NCBI GenBank assembly: GCA_024278315.1
Contig: JAJRTL010000076.1
Span: forward strand, 1 to 63,060
Source of the DNA: Planctomycetota bacterium
GTDB lineage: Bacteria > Planctomycetota > UBA1135 > GCA-002748355
Direction: 5' to 3'
DNA: 63,060 nucleotides
Positions 7,051 through 16,708 of the stretch are shown here, one piece after another. Position 1 is the first letter of the stretch. The number at the start of each line of letters is the position of its first letter. The notes under the pieces were generated by a model that had not been told where the DNA came from, did no database searches, and saw nothing but the letters and a program-made list of their open reading frames with translations. A program made the position numbers and the translations under genes.

Positions 7051-9552
7051 ATGAACAGCTCCAACACACACAGAACGTGGCCTCAGGGCCTTCTCGCCCT
7101 CTCTCTGGTGGGCTTCCTGACGATCCTGACGGCTGGTTGCAGCGGCGGCGGTAGCAGCGACACTGGCACGACCCCTGTGACCAAGGGGCCTGGCAAGGGA
7201 GGATCAGAGCTCAACAAGGGCAGCTATGACGAGGAGTCCTTCCGCTACGAGGATCCCAATCCCAAGGAGTTCCAACCCCTTCCCGGCGCCGATTTCCGCG
7301 CCCTCGAGCGCAAGGAGCTCGTGGTACTGGGAACCCGGATCGGGGAGCCGACGACCTGGCAGGGCTTTGCGCTGGGCGAGGCTCAGGAGAAGTTCGCCCT
7401 CGATGCAGGCCTGCCCAAGACAAGTCTGGGCAAGGGAGGCCTCTTGGCGTCCCAGGCCGGAGCATGGGACGAGAGGGCGGGAGACGAACTGGTCGCCGTG
7501 AGCGTGGTCGGCAGCGAACTCCACATCACCGTGCGCGGACCGGGAGCCACACCCACATGGAAGGTCCACAAGCAGATCCTGGTGAAGGGCGTGAGCGCTT
7601 TTGCTGCAACGATCGCACTGGCTGACGTGGACGGCGATGGCAAGAACGAGATCGTCATGAGCTATCACGGATCCTCCATCAACAGGACCTATGAGTTCCT
7701 CGTCTTCGACGATGCGGCCCATGGAGCCGCGCTGCTCTATAGGGACAAGGGCCTTACGGGGATCAACAAGCCCGAGACTCGCTTGTGGATCGCGGACTTC
7801 GACGGCGATGGCAAGGCCGAGATCCTCGAGGGGAGGTGGCAGCCCGGGGCCCGATCCTTCCAGCTCCAGGTGCGGGAGCTGGCCGACAAGGGATTCAAGG
7901 TGAGGCGTCGCTTCCTCACGCACGTTGTCGTGCCCCGCCGCCCGATGGCTGGACTCGTCGTTGGTAACTTCGATCGGGATGCAAGCCTCGAGCTGGCCAG
8001 CGTCAGCGGAGCCTCATGGACCTGGTCTGGTTCATTCTTCAATCTGGACCCGATCAAGGGATTCCGCCGCTTCGATACGCAAACGGCCAGGTTCAGCCAA
8101 AAGAGTCTGATTCTCCGCGGTCTTGTCCAGAATGCCTTCGGCCTGACAGCCTGTGACCTGGATGGCAACGGCATGGACGAGATCGCCGTCGGCGTCAACT
8201 ACATCACGCAGTACTCGGCTTTTCGAGCTGGCATCAACATCGGTCATATCCGCGTGCGGAACGACTCCGGCAACTGGGCCAGCCGTCAGTTCCATGATCA
8301 AAGGTGGATGAACCTGGCCAGCACGGCGAGCGGAATGAGCATGCAGGCGTTGGACGATGATGCCGACAATCGCGATGAGCTCCGCATCCTGTCACAGGAT
8401 CTGCGCACGGCCTCTCCGACCCATGTCTGGCGCTGCGAAGCCAGCCCCTCTGCCAAAGAGAAGGGCAAGCTCGGCATCACGCTGAGCAGGACGGGCTTCG
8501 TCAAGCACAACTGGGGCACCGGAAGACTCTGGCGCACACAACTGGTCGCCGGCGACTTCGATGGCCAGGATCTCTTGCTGCGCTCGACCGGGCGCAAGTG
8601 GACCAACCTCTCCGATCCCATGCCCATCGTCCTGATGGCGGCACCTCCGACCAAGAGCGGCATCAGCCAGAACATCGATGCCTCCTACACCTCGTATGCC
8701 GAAGAGAAGAGCGTCGAGCGCAGTCACGGCATCTCCACCGGATGGTCCGCCAGCTTTTCTCGTGGAGTCGCTGTCGAGGACATCACGGGGACCTTTGGCG
8801 CATCGGTCAAAGCCACGATGACGACAGCCGTCGAGAAGACCCTGACCAAGAGCAAGAAGATCACCTACACCAGCTCCTTCGTTGGCTCACCCACCGAGGA
8901 TGTCATTGTCTTCCAGGGCACGCTCTACACCTGCTACGAGTACAAGATCCTGCGCTCGCCCAATCCCAAGCTCATCGGTACCTTCCTGACGATCAACGAC
9001 CCCGTTGCCACGCAGATCTACAAGTGGACCCTACCCTTCTACAACCGTTCGGTGGCGGAGCGTTCGCGCTACGGCCGCGAGGTGATGAACCACACGGTCG
9101 GCAAGCCAGAGACCTATCCCAAGCTCGCAGTGTCCGAAGCGGCAGTGCAGCTCAGTGGGGGCTGGATCCATCGCGACGGCACCACAGTCGGGCAGACCAA
9201 CGGAGGCAAGAACACGACCGGGATCTCCGTGAGCACGACCAACTCCACGAGCAAGACGCGCAGCATCTCGGTCGGCGTCGAGGCCGAGGTCAAGATCGCC
9301 GGCCAGACCATGGGCGGTAGTTTCGGCCTGGACCGGAGCAGTGTCTACTCGGTCTCGACCGAGGTCGGCACCTCCTATGAGGGCGGTATCGGCGACATTG
9401 CCGACACCAAGGACTGGAACGACTGGGTCTACAAGACGGGCCTCGTGGTACGCCGGCATGGTGTGGACAGCGCCGGAAAGGCACTGAAAGGAATGCTGCC
9501 TGTGCAAGTCATCGACTACTGGGTTCAAACCCAGGGACCGGCCTACCGCTGA
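7051..9552 (+). CDS. FG-GAP/VCBS-repeat lipoprotein with a Ser/Thr-rich C-terminal domain
   Basis: Start at MNSSNTHRTWPQGLLALSLVGFLTILTAGCSGG, a signal peptide with a lipobox Cys. Six Dx(D/N)xDGxxE-type repeats are present (DVDGDGKNEIV, DFDGDGKAEIL, GNFDRDASLEL, DLDGNGMDEIA, DDDADNRDEL, GDFDGQDLL). The C-terminal ~300 aa has an alternating Ser/Thr-rich pattern. Confidence 0.8.
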   Translation: MNSSNTHRTWPQGLLALSLVGFLTILTAGCSGGGSSDTGTTPVTKGPGKGGSELNKGSYDEESFRYEDPNPKEFQPLPGADFRALERKELVVLGTRIGEPTTWQGFALGEAQEKFALDAGLPKTSLGKGGLLASQAGAWDERAGDELVAVSVVGSELHITVRGPGATPTWKVHKQILVKGVSAFAATIALADVDGDGKNEIVMSYHGSSINRTYEFLVFDDAAHGAALLYRDKGLTGINKPETRLWIADFDGDGKAEILEGRWQPGARSFQLQVRELADKGFKVRRRFLTHVVVPRRPMAGLVVGNFDRDASLELASVSGASWTWSGSFFNLDPIKGFRRFDTQTARFSQKSLILRGLVQNAFGLTACDLDGNGMDEIAVGVNYITQYSAFRAGINIGHIRVRNDSGNWASRQFHDQRWMNLASTASGMSMQALDDDADNRDELRILSQDLRTASPTHVWRCEASPSAKEKGKLGITLSRTGFVKHNWGTGRLWRTQLVAGDFDGQDLLLRSTGRKWTNLSDPMPIVLMAAPPTKSGISQNIDASYTSYAEEKSVERSHGISTGWSASFSRGVAVEDITGTFGASVKATMTTAVEKTLTKSKKITYTSSFVGSPTEDVIVFQGTLYTCYEYKILRSPNPKLIGTFLTINDPVATQIYKWTLPFYNRSVAERSRYGREVMNHTVGKPETYPKLAVSEAAVQLSGGWIHRDGTTVGQTNGGKNTTGISVSTTNSTSKTRSISVGVEAEVKIAGQTMGGSFGLDRSSVYSVSTEVGTSYEGGIGDIADTKDWNDWVYKTGLVVRRHGVDSAGKALKGMLPVQVIDYWVQTQGPAYR

Positions 9553-12188
9553 TCCTGTTTCTGACCGGTAGAACCAGGCCCGGCCTTGTTGGCGTCCACA
9601 TCCGGGCTCGGGGCGGTGGCCTTCGGGCTGCCCGCCCCGGCGGCAGCTCGGGCCGCCTCCAGGCGCTTCTCCAACACTGCGGCTCGCTCAGGCTCTCCGA
9701 GCCCCTGGGCGAGCTCCTTGCATTGGGCGAGCGCCTTTGCCGTCCTTGCATTGTCGGGGCCCAGGCTCTCCAGCAGGATCCCGAAGGCCAGGACCTTCTC
9801 GTCATAGGCCTCCTGCTGGCGGCCAAGCTTGCGGTAGACCTCACCGAGCCTCAGGTGATGGACGCCCTGACGCCAGTGCCTGGCGCCAAAGACCTTGGTC
9901 GCGTTGGCGATGGCCTTCTTCATCAACTCATGTGCCTCCTCGACCTTGTCGAGGGAGAGACATTCCTCAGCGAGATTGTTGAAGAACAAGATCGCCACAG
10001 GACTCTCGGGTCCCAGCTTGTCCAGAACCTTGGGCAGCGCCTGATCGAAAATCCGCCAGGACTCCTCGACCCTGCCGAGCGCACTGAGGATGAGGGCCTG
10101 ATTGTTCAGTGCGATGAAGGTGAGATGGTGTAGATCACCATAGATCTTGCGCTTGCGCTCGAGGTTTTCGGTCGCCAGAGGCAAGGCCTCCTCGTAGAGA
10201 CCGCATCGGTAGGTATCCAAGGCCAGGTTGTTGAGCGAAGACTGCGTCATGCGATGGTCGATACCCAGGATTCGTCGTGCCTTGGCATGCACGTCCATCT
10301 CGATCTTGCGAGCTTCTTCGAAGCGACCGCGATCCGAGAGGTGTGCGGCGAGGTTGTGCTGCGCGACCAGCGTGTCCTCATCATCCGGTCCCAGGTAACG
10401 CAGGCGGAGGTGGGCCACCTCGCGCAGGACCTTCTCGGCTTCCTGGGGATCTCCCTTGCTGGACAGCTGGTGTCCGAGATCCCCGAGGAGCCCGAGGCGC
10501 ACCTTGTTGCCTACGGGGAGACTGCTCCTCGCGAGCACGACCGAGCGCCGACGAAAAACAAGCGCCTCGTCGTGCTTGCCGAGCAGAGAAAAGACCTCGC
10601 CAAGGGCAGCGCGCGTGCGCAGGGTCTCGATATGTGCAGGACCGAGCGTCTCGTTCTGGATGGTCAAAGCGGCGCGCAGGCTCTTCTCGGCCTCCGCCAG
10701 TTCGCCGAGCGCGGAGCGAGTCTGCCCGAGCGTGCGCAAGAGCTCGGCTCGCACCGCAGGATACTCGCGAAACCGATCTTCGAGCCGTCTCTCGAGTCCT
10801 TGGAGCAGACCGCGGATCGTAGGGTCCTTTCCCTTGGCACGCACGGGGTTCGCAGCTTCGATGAGTTCTTCCTGGAAGAGGTCGTTGAGTTGGCTCATGC
10901 CACGGCGGGCGAGCTGGGTGCGCTCCCGCTCCCGGTTGGCCTCGAGGGCGAAGAGGAGGACGGCGATGGAGCCTGCGATCAGCAGCAGGAGGGCCACACC
11001 GAGCCCAGCCACCAGTCCGCGGTGACGGCTCGAGAACTTTCGCATCTGGTACCAGGCTGTGGCCGGGCGAGCCATGATCGTCTCCTTGGCCAAGAACCGA
11101 CGCAGGTCCTCTCCCATGGCACCAATACTGGTGTAGCGCCGCGCCTTCTCCTTCCCGAGGGCCTTCGCCACGATGGTCTCGAGATCCTTGTCGATGCCAG
11201 GCCGCGCACGGTGAAGAGGCATGGCCTCGGTCTCGCGCACCCGACGCTCCATCTCCAGGAGCGAAAGTCCGGTGCTGGGAAAGGGCTGGCGACCTGCGAG
11301 GAGTTCGTAGGCCACGACTCCTAGAGACCAGATGTCACTGCGTGTGTCGATCGCCTGGTTCTGTCCCGCCAGTTGTTCCGGACTCATGTACGCCAGCGTG
11401 CCGAGCCGCATACCTTGGACCGTCAACTCGGTCTGCTCGATCTCCTGACCGCCCTCGAGCCTTCCGATGCCGAAGTCCAGGACCTTGACGCGACCCCAGG
11501 CATGGCTACCACCCGTCTCTGCACTCGCCGTGTCGGCCTCATATGCCAGGACATTGGCAGGTTTCAGGTCGCGATGCAGGACGCCCCGCTGATGCGCATG
11601 CTCCATGGCGTCCGCTATCTGGATCAGAAGCCGGACACGATCCTCGATCGACAGGTCGTGTTGTTCCGCGAAGCGGGTGATCGGCTGCCCCTCGACCAGC
11701 TCCATCGTGAACCAGAGCCGCTCCCCGAGCTTCTGTCCTCCCTCAGCTTGCAGTTCATCGAGCCCGGCGTCGTAGATGGCCGAGATCCCCCTGTGCTCGA
11801 GTCGACCGAGTAGCTCGATCTCCTGGAGAAAACGTCGCTTCTGCGTCGGGGAGACCAGCGCATCGCGGAGGATCTTGAGGGCCACGACGCGGTCCGGCTG
11901 CGCCTGGCGGGCGCGGAAGACCTGACCGCTTCCACCCCGGCCGAGTTCGGTCAGCAGGGAGTAGCGTCCAATCGTCATAGGTCGCAGCTCCGACCCCGCA
12001 TCGTCTCGGACCAGGGCCTTGTCGAAGAGATCGGCGGCCTCGGTCTCGAGGGACAGCATGCGTCCGAGTCGCTCGGCCAGGGGGGCATCCCGCGCGGCGA
12101 GATGGCGTAGCTCGCTCTGACGGGAATCGACGTCCAGATCCACAAGTCGTTCGTACAGAACAAACAGATCGGTATCAGCCACGGCCAT
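9543..12188 (-). CDS. Ser/Thr protein kinase with a transmembrane segment and C-terminal TPR repeats
   Basis: Hanks kinase motifs GRGGSGQVF, VALK, HRDLKPANVL, DFG and SPEQ, then TM GLVAGLGVALLLLIAGSIAVLLF and TPR-like repeats. Start ATG 12188 overlaps the stop of the upstream ECF sigma gene by 14 nt. Confidence 0.85.
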   Translation of the reverse strand: MAVADTDLFVLYERLVDLDVDSRQSELRHLAARDAPLAERLGRMLSLETEAADLFDKALVRDDAGSELRPMTIGRYSLLTELGRGGSGQVFRARQAQPDRVVALKILRDALVSPTQKRRFLQEIELLGRLEHRGISAIYDAGLDELQAEGGQKLGERLWFTMELVEGQPITRFAEQHDLSIEDRVRLLIQIADAMEHAHQRGVLHRDLKPANVLAYEADTASAETGGSHAWGRVKVLDFGIGRLEGGQEIEQTELTVQGMRLGTLAYMSPEQLAGQNQAIDTRSDIWSLGVVAYELLAGRQPFPSTGLSLLEMERRVRETEAMPLHRARPGIDKDLETIVAKALGKEKARRYTSIGAMGEDLRRFLAKETIMARPATAWYQMRKFSSRHRGLVAGLGVALLLLIAGSIAVLLFALEANRERERTQLARRGMSQLNDLFQEELIEAANPVRAKGKDPTIRGLLQGLERRLEDRFREYPAVRAELLRTLGQTRSALGELAEAEKSLRAALTIQNETLGPAHIETLRTRAALGEVFSLLGKHDEALVFRRRSVVLARSSLPVGNKVRLGLLGDLGHQLSSKGDPQEAEKVLREVAHLRLRYLGPDDEDTLVAQHNLAAHLSDRGRFEEARKIEMDVHAKARRILGIDHRMTQSSLNNLALDTYRCGLYEEALPLATENLERKRKIYGDLHHLTFIALNNQALILSALGRVEESWRIFDQALPKVLDKLGPESPVAILFFNNLAEECLSLDKVEEAHELMKKAIANATKVFGARHWRQGVHHLRLGEVYRKLGRQQEAYDEKVLAFGILLESLGPDNARTAKALAQCKELAQGLGEPERAAVLEKRLEAARAAAGAGSPKATAPSPDVDANKAGPGSTGQKQDQR

Positions 12189-12726
12189 CACCTCGCGTCC
12201 GCTCGAGACCCTCGTAGAGCCAGGCCTTGGCGAAACGCCAGTCACGTTCCACCGTGCGCACGGACGTGTCGAGGATCTCGGCGATCTCCTCGTGTTCCAG
12301 GCCCGAAAACCACTTGAGCATCACGACCTCGGCGGGCCGGGCGTAGCTCGCTGAGAGCCGATCGAGCAGCTCGTCCAGGGCGAGGATGTCCTCCACCGGC
12401 ACGCTGATCTCGAGACCCTCCAGATTGCTGAGCTGATCAGGATCCTGATCGGCACGCTGACGATCACCTCCCCTCTTGAGGCGACTCCTCCTGCGGACGG
12501 CTTCCACGAGGATGTCCCGCATGGCCTGACCGGCACGAAGGAAGAACAGGCGCCTGTCCTCGGCCCCGCCCTGACCCTGGTCCTCGAGACGCATCCAGAC
12601 CTCATGCACGAGCGCGGTGGCTTGCAGCGTCTGGCCAGGGGGGAGCTTGCCCAAACGTGCCTGCGCAAGCGTTCGCAGTTCGTCGTAGCACTGGGCCAGT
12701 GTGTAGGGGCTATCGTCTTGCGTCAT
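12175..12726 (-). CDS. ECF-type sigma-70 family factor (kinase-associated ECF type)
   Basis: Region 2 (ATALVHEVWMRL) and region 4 HTH (LEHEEIAEILDTSVRTVERDWRFAKAWL) are present. Start set at MTQDDSPY (ATG 12726). Directly upstream of, and overlapping, the kinase gene. Confidence 0.85.
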   Translation of the reverse strand: MTQDDSPYTLAQCYDELRTLAQARLGKLPPGQTLQATALVHEVWMRLEDQGQGGAEDRRLFFLRAGQAMRDILVEAVRRRSRLKRGGDRQRADQDPDQLSNLEGLEISVPVEDILALDELLDRLSASYARPAEVVMLKWFSGLEHEEIAEILDTSVRTVERDWRFAKAWLYEGLERTRGDGRG

Positions 12727-12935
12727 TTCGTCGCGGGCGGAGGAGGGCGCATTGTGGATGCAGAAGGGCACATTGGTCAAGGTGGCCTCTGGAAGGGAGT
12801 CCGATGCAGCCCTGTACGCCCTGTTGCGCTATTGTTTCAGGAGACATCCGGCACCTGTTGCCCCGTGTCGACGAGTGAAGCCCACCTGCGTTAGAAACTC
12901 CTCACTACTACCTCTTCTACTGTGGTTGCAATCCA

Positions 12936-13622
12936 ATGCTCACGCGACTCCTGGCTTCGGCACTGATCCTCTCTCTCGCTTCCTGCACCTCCGCCTACGT
13001 CCCCCTCGCTCATGAACCAGATCTGCCGCCGTTTCCGACGGCGGCAGACACCGACTCGAACTCCCTCGTCTATCAGGGCGCAGAAGCCGAGAAGGCCACC
13101 GAGACTGCGAAATCACGAACCTCGCTCCTGCTGCTCCTTGGCGGGAGGAGCTTCGAACACAACAAGTGGACCCCGGTCGAGGATCAGTTCACGATCGGTG
13201 TCGAATGGACCTGGCTGCCCGCCGAGAGCATCCTCGGACTGGAGGTCGGCACTGCTGGCTCCTTCAGCGAGGAGGATCTGACGGTCTCCAGCACGCTCTT
13301 CACCTTCCAGGGCTCGACATTGGAGGTCTACATCGGTCCCAGGCTCGAGACCGCAATCGGTAAGAGCCCCATTCGCATCTACGGGGGACTTGGTCCCAGC
13401 CTCATCTACGCCAGTTATTCCGGAGAGGCTCTGGGCATCAAGCTCGATGACTCCGATGCCTCCTTCGGTCTCTATGCACACGCAGGCGCCCTCGTCGAAC
13501 TCGGCAGTTTCAACATAGGCCTGGACCTCCGCGCCCTCGTAGGAACAGACATCTCTCTCTTCAACATCGGCATGGACGCCGACTATACGCAGATCGCCTT
13601 GGTCATGGGCTTCCGCTTCTGA
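12936..13622 (+). CDS. small outer-membrane beta-barrel-like lipoprotein
   Basis: Signal plus lipobox (MLTRLLASALILSLASC), alternating beta-strand-like pattern, C-terminal MGFRF with a terminal Phe as in many OMPs. Confidence 0.65.
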   Translation: MLTRLLASALILSLASCTSAYVPLAHEPDLPPFPTAADTDSNSLVYQGAEAEKATETAKSRTSLLLLLGGRSFEHNKWTPVEDQFTIGVEWTWLPAESILGLEVGTAGSFSEEDLTVSSTLFTFQGSTLEVYIGPRLETAIGKSPIRIYGGLGPSLIYASYSGEALGIKLDDSDASFGLYAHAGALVELGSFNIGLDLRALVGTDISLFNIGMDADYTQIALVMGFRF

Positions 13623-13634
13623 GCCACCTGTTCG

Positions 13635-13660
13635 CGAAGGCTTGCACAAGCGAGCCTTCG
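13635..13660. terminator. 8-bp stem hairpin between convergent genes
   Basis: CGAAGGCT-tgcacaagcg-AGCCTTCG, 13 nt after the stop at 13622. No U-tract follows. Confidence 0.3.
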
Positions 13661-13764
13661 GACGGACCTCTATGCGATTGTCGTTTCGCCTCGGGGCCTT
13701 TCTGGCCCTTCCGCCGCCTGCTCCGTGCCAAGCAAGGCCAGGGTAGATCTCACTCACAGTTGGT

Positions 13765-14352
13765 TTACGTCGGAATCCCCACACTCACGACGCGCCAAGT
13801 GGGCTCGTGAGGCATCAAGGGGTCGATGGCCTGCTTCGCCTCGGCATCGAAGCTGTCTCCCGCCAGGACCGTCGTGAGCATCTTGGCCGAGAGTTGGCTC
13901 ACTGCTTTCCACTGTCCGGCTTCCTGGATCAGGTCCTCAAGCCGATCGCGCTCTGCACTTCCCGGTCTGGGTAGTCGTGGGGAGCGCGTCTCGCTGATAC
14001 TCACCCGCGCCTCCCGGCCCGTCAGCTCCTGCACGTCTTGATTCGCAGCTGCCTCGATCAGCAGATCCCGCAGGTACTCCCGCGCCCTCTTGGTCTCGCG
14101 GAGCACGTCGTTGAGCCGGTGGTATTCGTCCACAAGCTCCCGCATATGCGCCTGCTTGTAGTCCTCGAAGCGAGTGGACAGCAACCTCAATCGATCCAGA
14201 TGCGGCTCCAACAGTGCGGGACTCTCCCGATACAAGCCACGCAACTCCTCGAACCGCCCTTGCAGATCGAAACAACCATCCACCCCCATCTCCCCCTTCT
14301 CCAACCAGACCAGACCCTGCTCGATCTGCACCAACTCCTTGTCCACATCCAT
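13765..14352 (-). CDS. hypothetical coiled-coil-rich protein
   Basis: ORF 13765-14379 with start set at MDVDKEL (ATG 14352). No recognisable motif; supported only by length and coding-like composition. Confidence 0.5.
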   Translation of the reverse strand: MDVDKELVQIEQGLVWLEKGEMGVDGCFDLQGRFEELRGLYRESPALLEPHLDRLRLLSTRFEDYKQAHMRELVDEYHRLNDVLRETKRAREYLRDLLIEAAANQDVQELTGREARVSISETRSPRLPRPGSAERDRLEDLIQEAGQWKAVSQLSAKMLTTVLAGDSFDAEAKQAIDPLMPHEPTWRVVSVGIPT

Positions 14353-14687
14353 ACCATTCCTCCATCGATGAGCGCCCACGCAAGGCTACCGGCACAGTAC
14401 GTCGCCTCCAACGCTGAGCCTCTTCCGTCTCTGGTCCCTCGTCCCAACCCTCGTCCACAGGCAGCATTCGTTTCGCCCCTTCCCCAGGCGATCCAGGCCG
14501 ACGGCCCAGGCCCGATGGGGACATCCAAACACAAAAACCAGGATGGGGAGCGCGTGATCCGCCGGACGTTCGGGGCCGTAGACCCCCCTCCCGACCGGCG
14601 TGGGGGGAATTCTGAAGAATTCGTGTCGGGATTGCGACTGGTTTGCGGCTTGGGGGCAACTCCGAACCACGAACCACAAGGTAGACC

Positions 14688-16337
14688 ATGACACTGAGCA
14701 CTCGACTTTTCTCTCTCTCCGGCACAGCGCTCCTGCTCTGCTGCTCTCTGGGCCTCTCGTCGCCCCAACTCCCTGCACAGCAAGGGGGTTACTCGCTCTT
14801 CGGCGCTGGCTGCGGCCCCACAACGGCCATCAGCGGCTCGACCAACAACATGACCTGCGCCAGCCCGGCCGGCGCGAGGGCCAACGGCAAGAACTACTAC
14901 GCCATCTCCTGTAGAGAGAAGGTCACCAAGACCCTCTCCAGCGTGACCTTCCGGATGCAGGGGACCCGACCCACGTCGATGCTTCTGGAGCTCTGGCTGG
15001 CGGACAAGACGGGTCGGCCCTCCAAGCGTCTGCGCACCGGACCCATGGTCGTCGGCCGCAACTACGGGAGCTACACGGGCCGATTCTCACCCTACAAGAT
15101 GGCAGCTGGCCAGAACTACGCGATCGTGATCTTCGGGGCCCGGGACATCGTGCTGCCCCAGTGCAAGACCGGCAACCTCGTCGCTGGCTACACCAGGGTC
15201 GTGCCCGGGACCTGGAAGGTCTCCGTCGCTCGCTGGGCCTACCGGGTGAACGCGGGCAGCGTGACCACAGTCCCTACGCTCCGCAACAGCGCGGTGCCCC
15301 TCATCGGTCGTACGATGTCGATCCAGCTCGCCAATGCCCGGCCCAACACGATCTCCTGGCTCAACTTCGGCGATTCCGCCACACGATGGGGACCCTTGTC
15401 GCTGCCACTGCACCTCTCTGCTTTCCAGGCATCGGGCTGATATCTGCGGACATCGCAGCTCTTCAGCGTGGTGCTTCCCACGAACTCCCTCGGTCGGTCT
15501 TCTCTCTCCATCCGCGTGCCCAACCACACCTCCCTCATAGGCAAGCGCTTCTACAACCAAGGCATGATCTATGACAAGGCAGCCAACAGCTTGGGATTCT
15601 CCTTCACCAATGCAGGCTCGGGCCTGGTCGGCAAGCCCTGCGGCAACAGTGCCTCCCGGACCGCCGGGGGCACACTGCGCTTTGCACTGCCACGCGTCAA
15701 CTTCTTCGGCTTCCCAGGACTCAGCATCGCTGGAAACTACACCGGGACCAAGAGGAAGATCTGCTGCACGTCCAACGGCCCACAGGCCTGCTACTACTCC
15801 GGCCGCGGCACGATCACAGGCCAGGTCGGACAGTTTTCGATTCCCGTCACCGCGCTCGGTAAGGTCGTCGACGACATCAATGCCAAGGTATGCACCTTGC
15901 TCAAGGCATCTTCGTCAGGCACGATCACCTGCAGCTCCCTGATGGGCATCAGTGTCAACGGCATCAAGGTCAACGCCGGCGTCAATCTTCTGCGCAACGA
16001 CTGCAATCGGACCAACAGCTACTCGTCCCGCGGATCCATCCAGTTTCCAGGCGGCGTCTTCGGTGGCGTCGACACGACAGCATCGGTCAAGCTTCCCATT
16101 ATCGGCAAGTTCGGATGGAAGTTCAAACTCGGCGTCACGGCGACGCCCGCGGGCTCCTGGGTCGTCTCCGCCAACCGCGCGTGGATGACCATCAAGATCA
16201 CCAGCGTGAGCGTCACAGGCACGACGACGATCCCCGTCCTCAACAAGAAGGTCAACTTCAACTTCAAGATCAACACTCCGAGCCTGACCTTCACGACTCC
16301 CGCCGTCAGAATGCCGACCATCACGATCGGCTGCTAA
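14688..16337 (+). pseudogene. secreted paralog-family protein A, interrupted by one in-frame TGA (15438-15440)
   Basis: ORFs 14688-15440 and 15468-16337 share a frame and are separated only by the TGA. The junction aligns without gaps to the intact paralog 50176-51309. N-terminal signal peptide MTLSTRLFSLSGTALLLCCSLGLSSPQLPAQQ. Confidence 0.7.
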
Positions 16338-16397
16338 CCCGAACGATTCATGACCTCGATGCGTCTGACGGCGTCTTTCGGTCCAGGACCGCGAACC
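16338..16397 (-). mobile_element. solo right-type terminus (60 bp) of the foldback element family
   Basis: CCCGAACGATTCATGACCTCGATGCGTCTGACGGCGTCTTTCGGTCCAGGACCGCGAACC equals the reverse complement of the right 60 bp of the full copies except one base. It starts at the base after the TAA stop (16335-16337). Confidence 0.75.
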
Positions 16398-16441
16398 ATG
16401 ACGGTATCGCGGTTACCACACCGGGAGTAGGTGGATCGTTC

Positions 16442-16527
16442 ACCACGGAAGAGCCGAAGGGCACGAAGGCTGGAACCCGAGAGCGATCTCGCTTCCTCTC
16501 CTTCGTGTCCTTCGTGCGCTTCGTGGT
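16442..16527. repeat. imperfect long hairpin built from CACGAAG-type motifs
   Basis: ACCACGGAAGAGCCGAAGGGCACGAAGG (16442-16469) faces CCTTCGTGTCCTTCGTGCGCTTCGTGGT (16500-16527). Same motif class as the hairpins at 39048-39084 and 62852-62921. Confidence 0.5.
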
Positions 16528-16708
16528 AACATCCTTCTTCCAATCCGATCGTTGGTCCCACATCGAGATCCTGGAGCAACTCCCTCTGTCCGCCAGCGTC
16601 CGTCTCCTTCCTTTCCCCATTCTCCTCTCTCGCCTGTTCGATGTCGATTCATCGCCAAACACGAACGAGACTCCATGATGTGCCTGCGTGCACATACGGG
16701 ACTCAAGG

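Noticed and set aside
14607-14622. GAATTC-tgaa-GAATTC, an AT-rich doublet upstream of paralog A, as a possible operator.
   Set aside because: It is a single occurrence with no partner site or similar sequence upstream of the other paralogs in the window, so evidence is insufficient.
15438-15480. A SECIS-like hairpin downstream of the in-frame TGAs, as a test of the selenocysteine idea.
   Set aside because: After 15438 there is only a 5-bp stem (CUGCG-gacau-CGCAG) starting 3 nt after the UGA, which is too short and too close compared with known bacterial SECIS elements. After 49307 (minus strand) I find no convincing hairpin within about 40 nt. The Sec idea is kept only as a hypothesis to be tested genome-wide.
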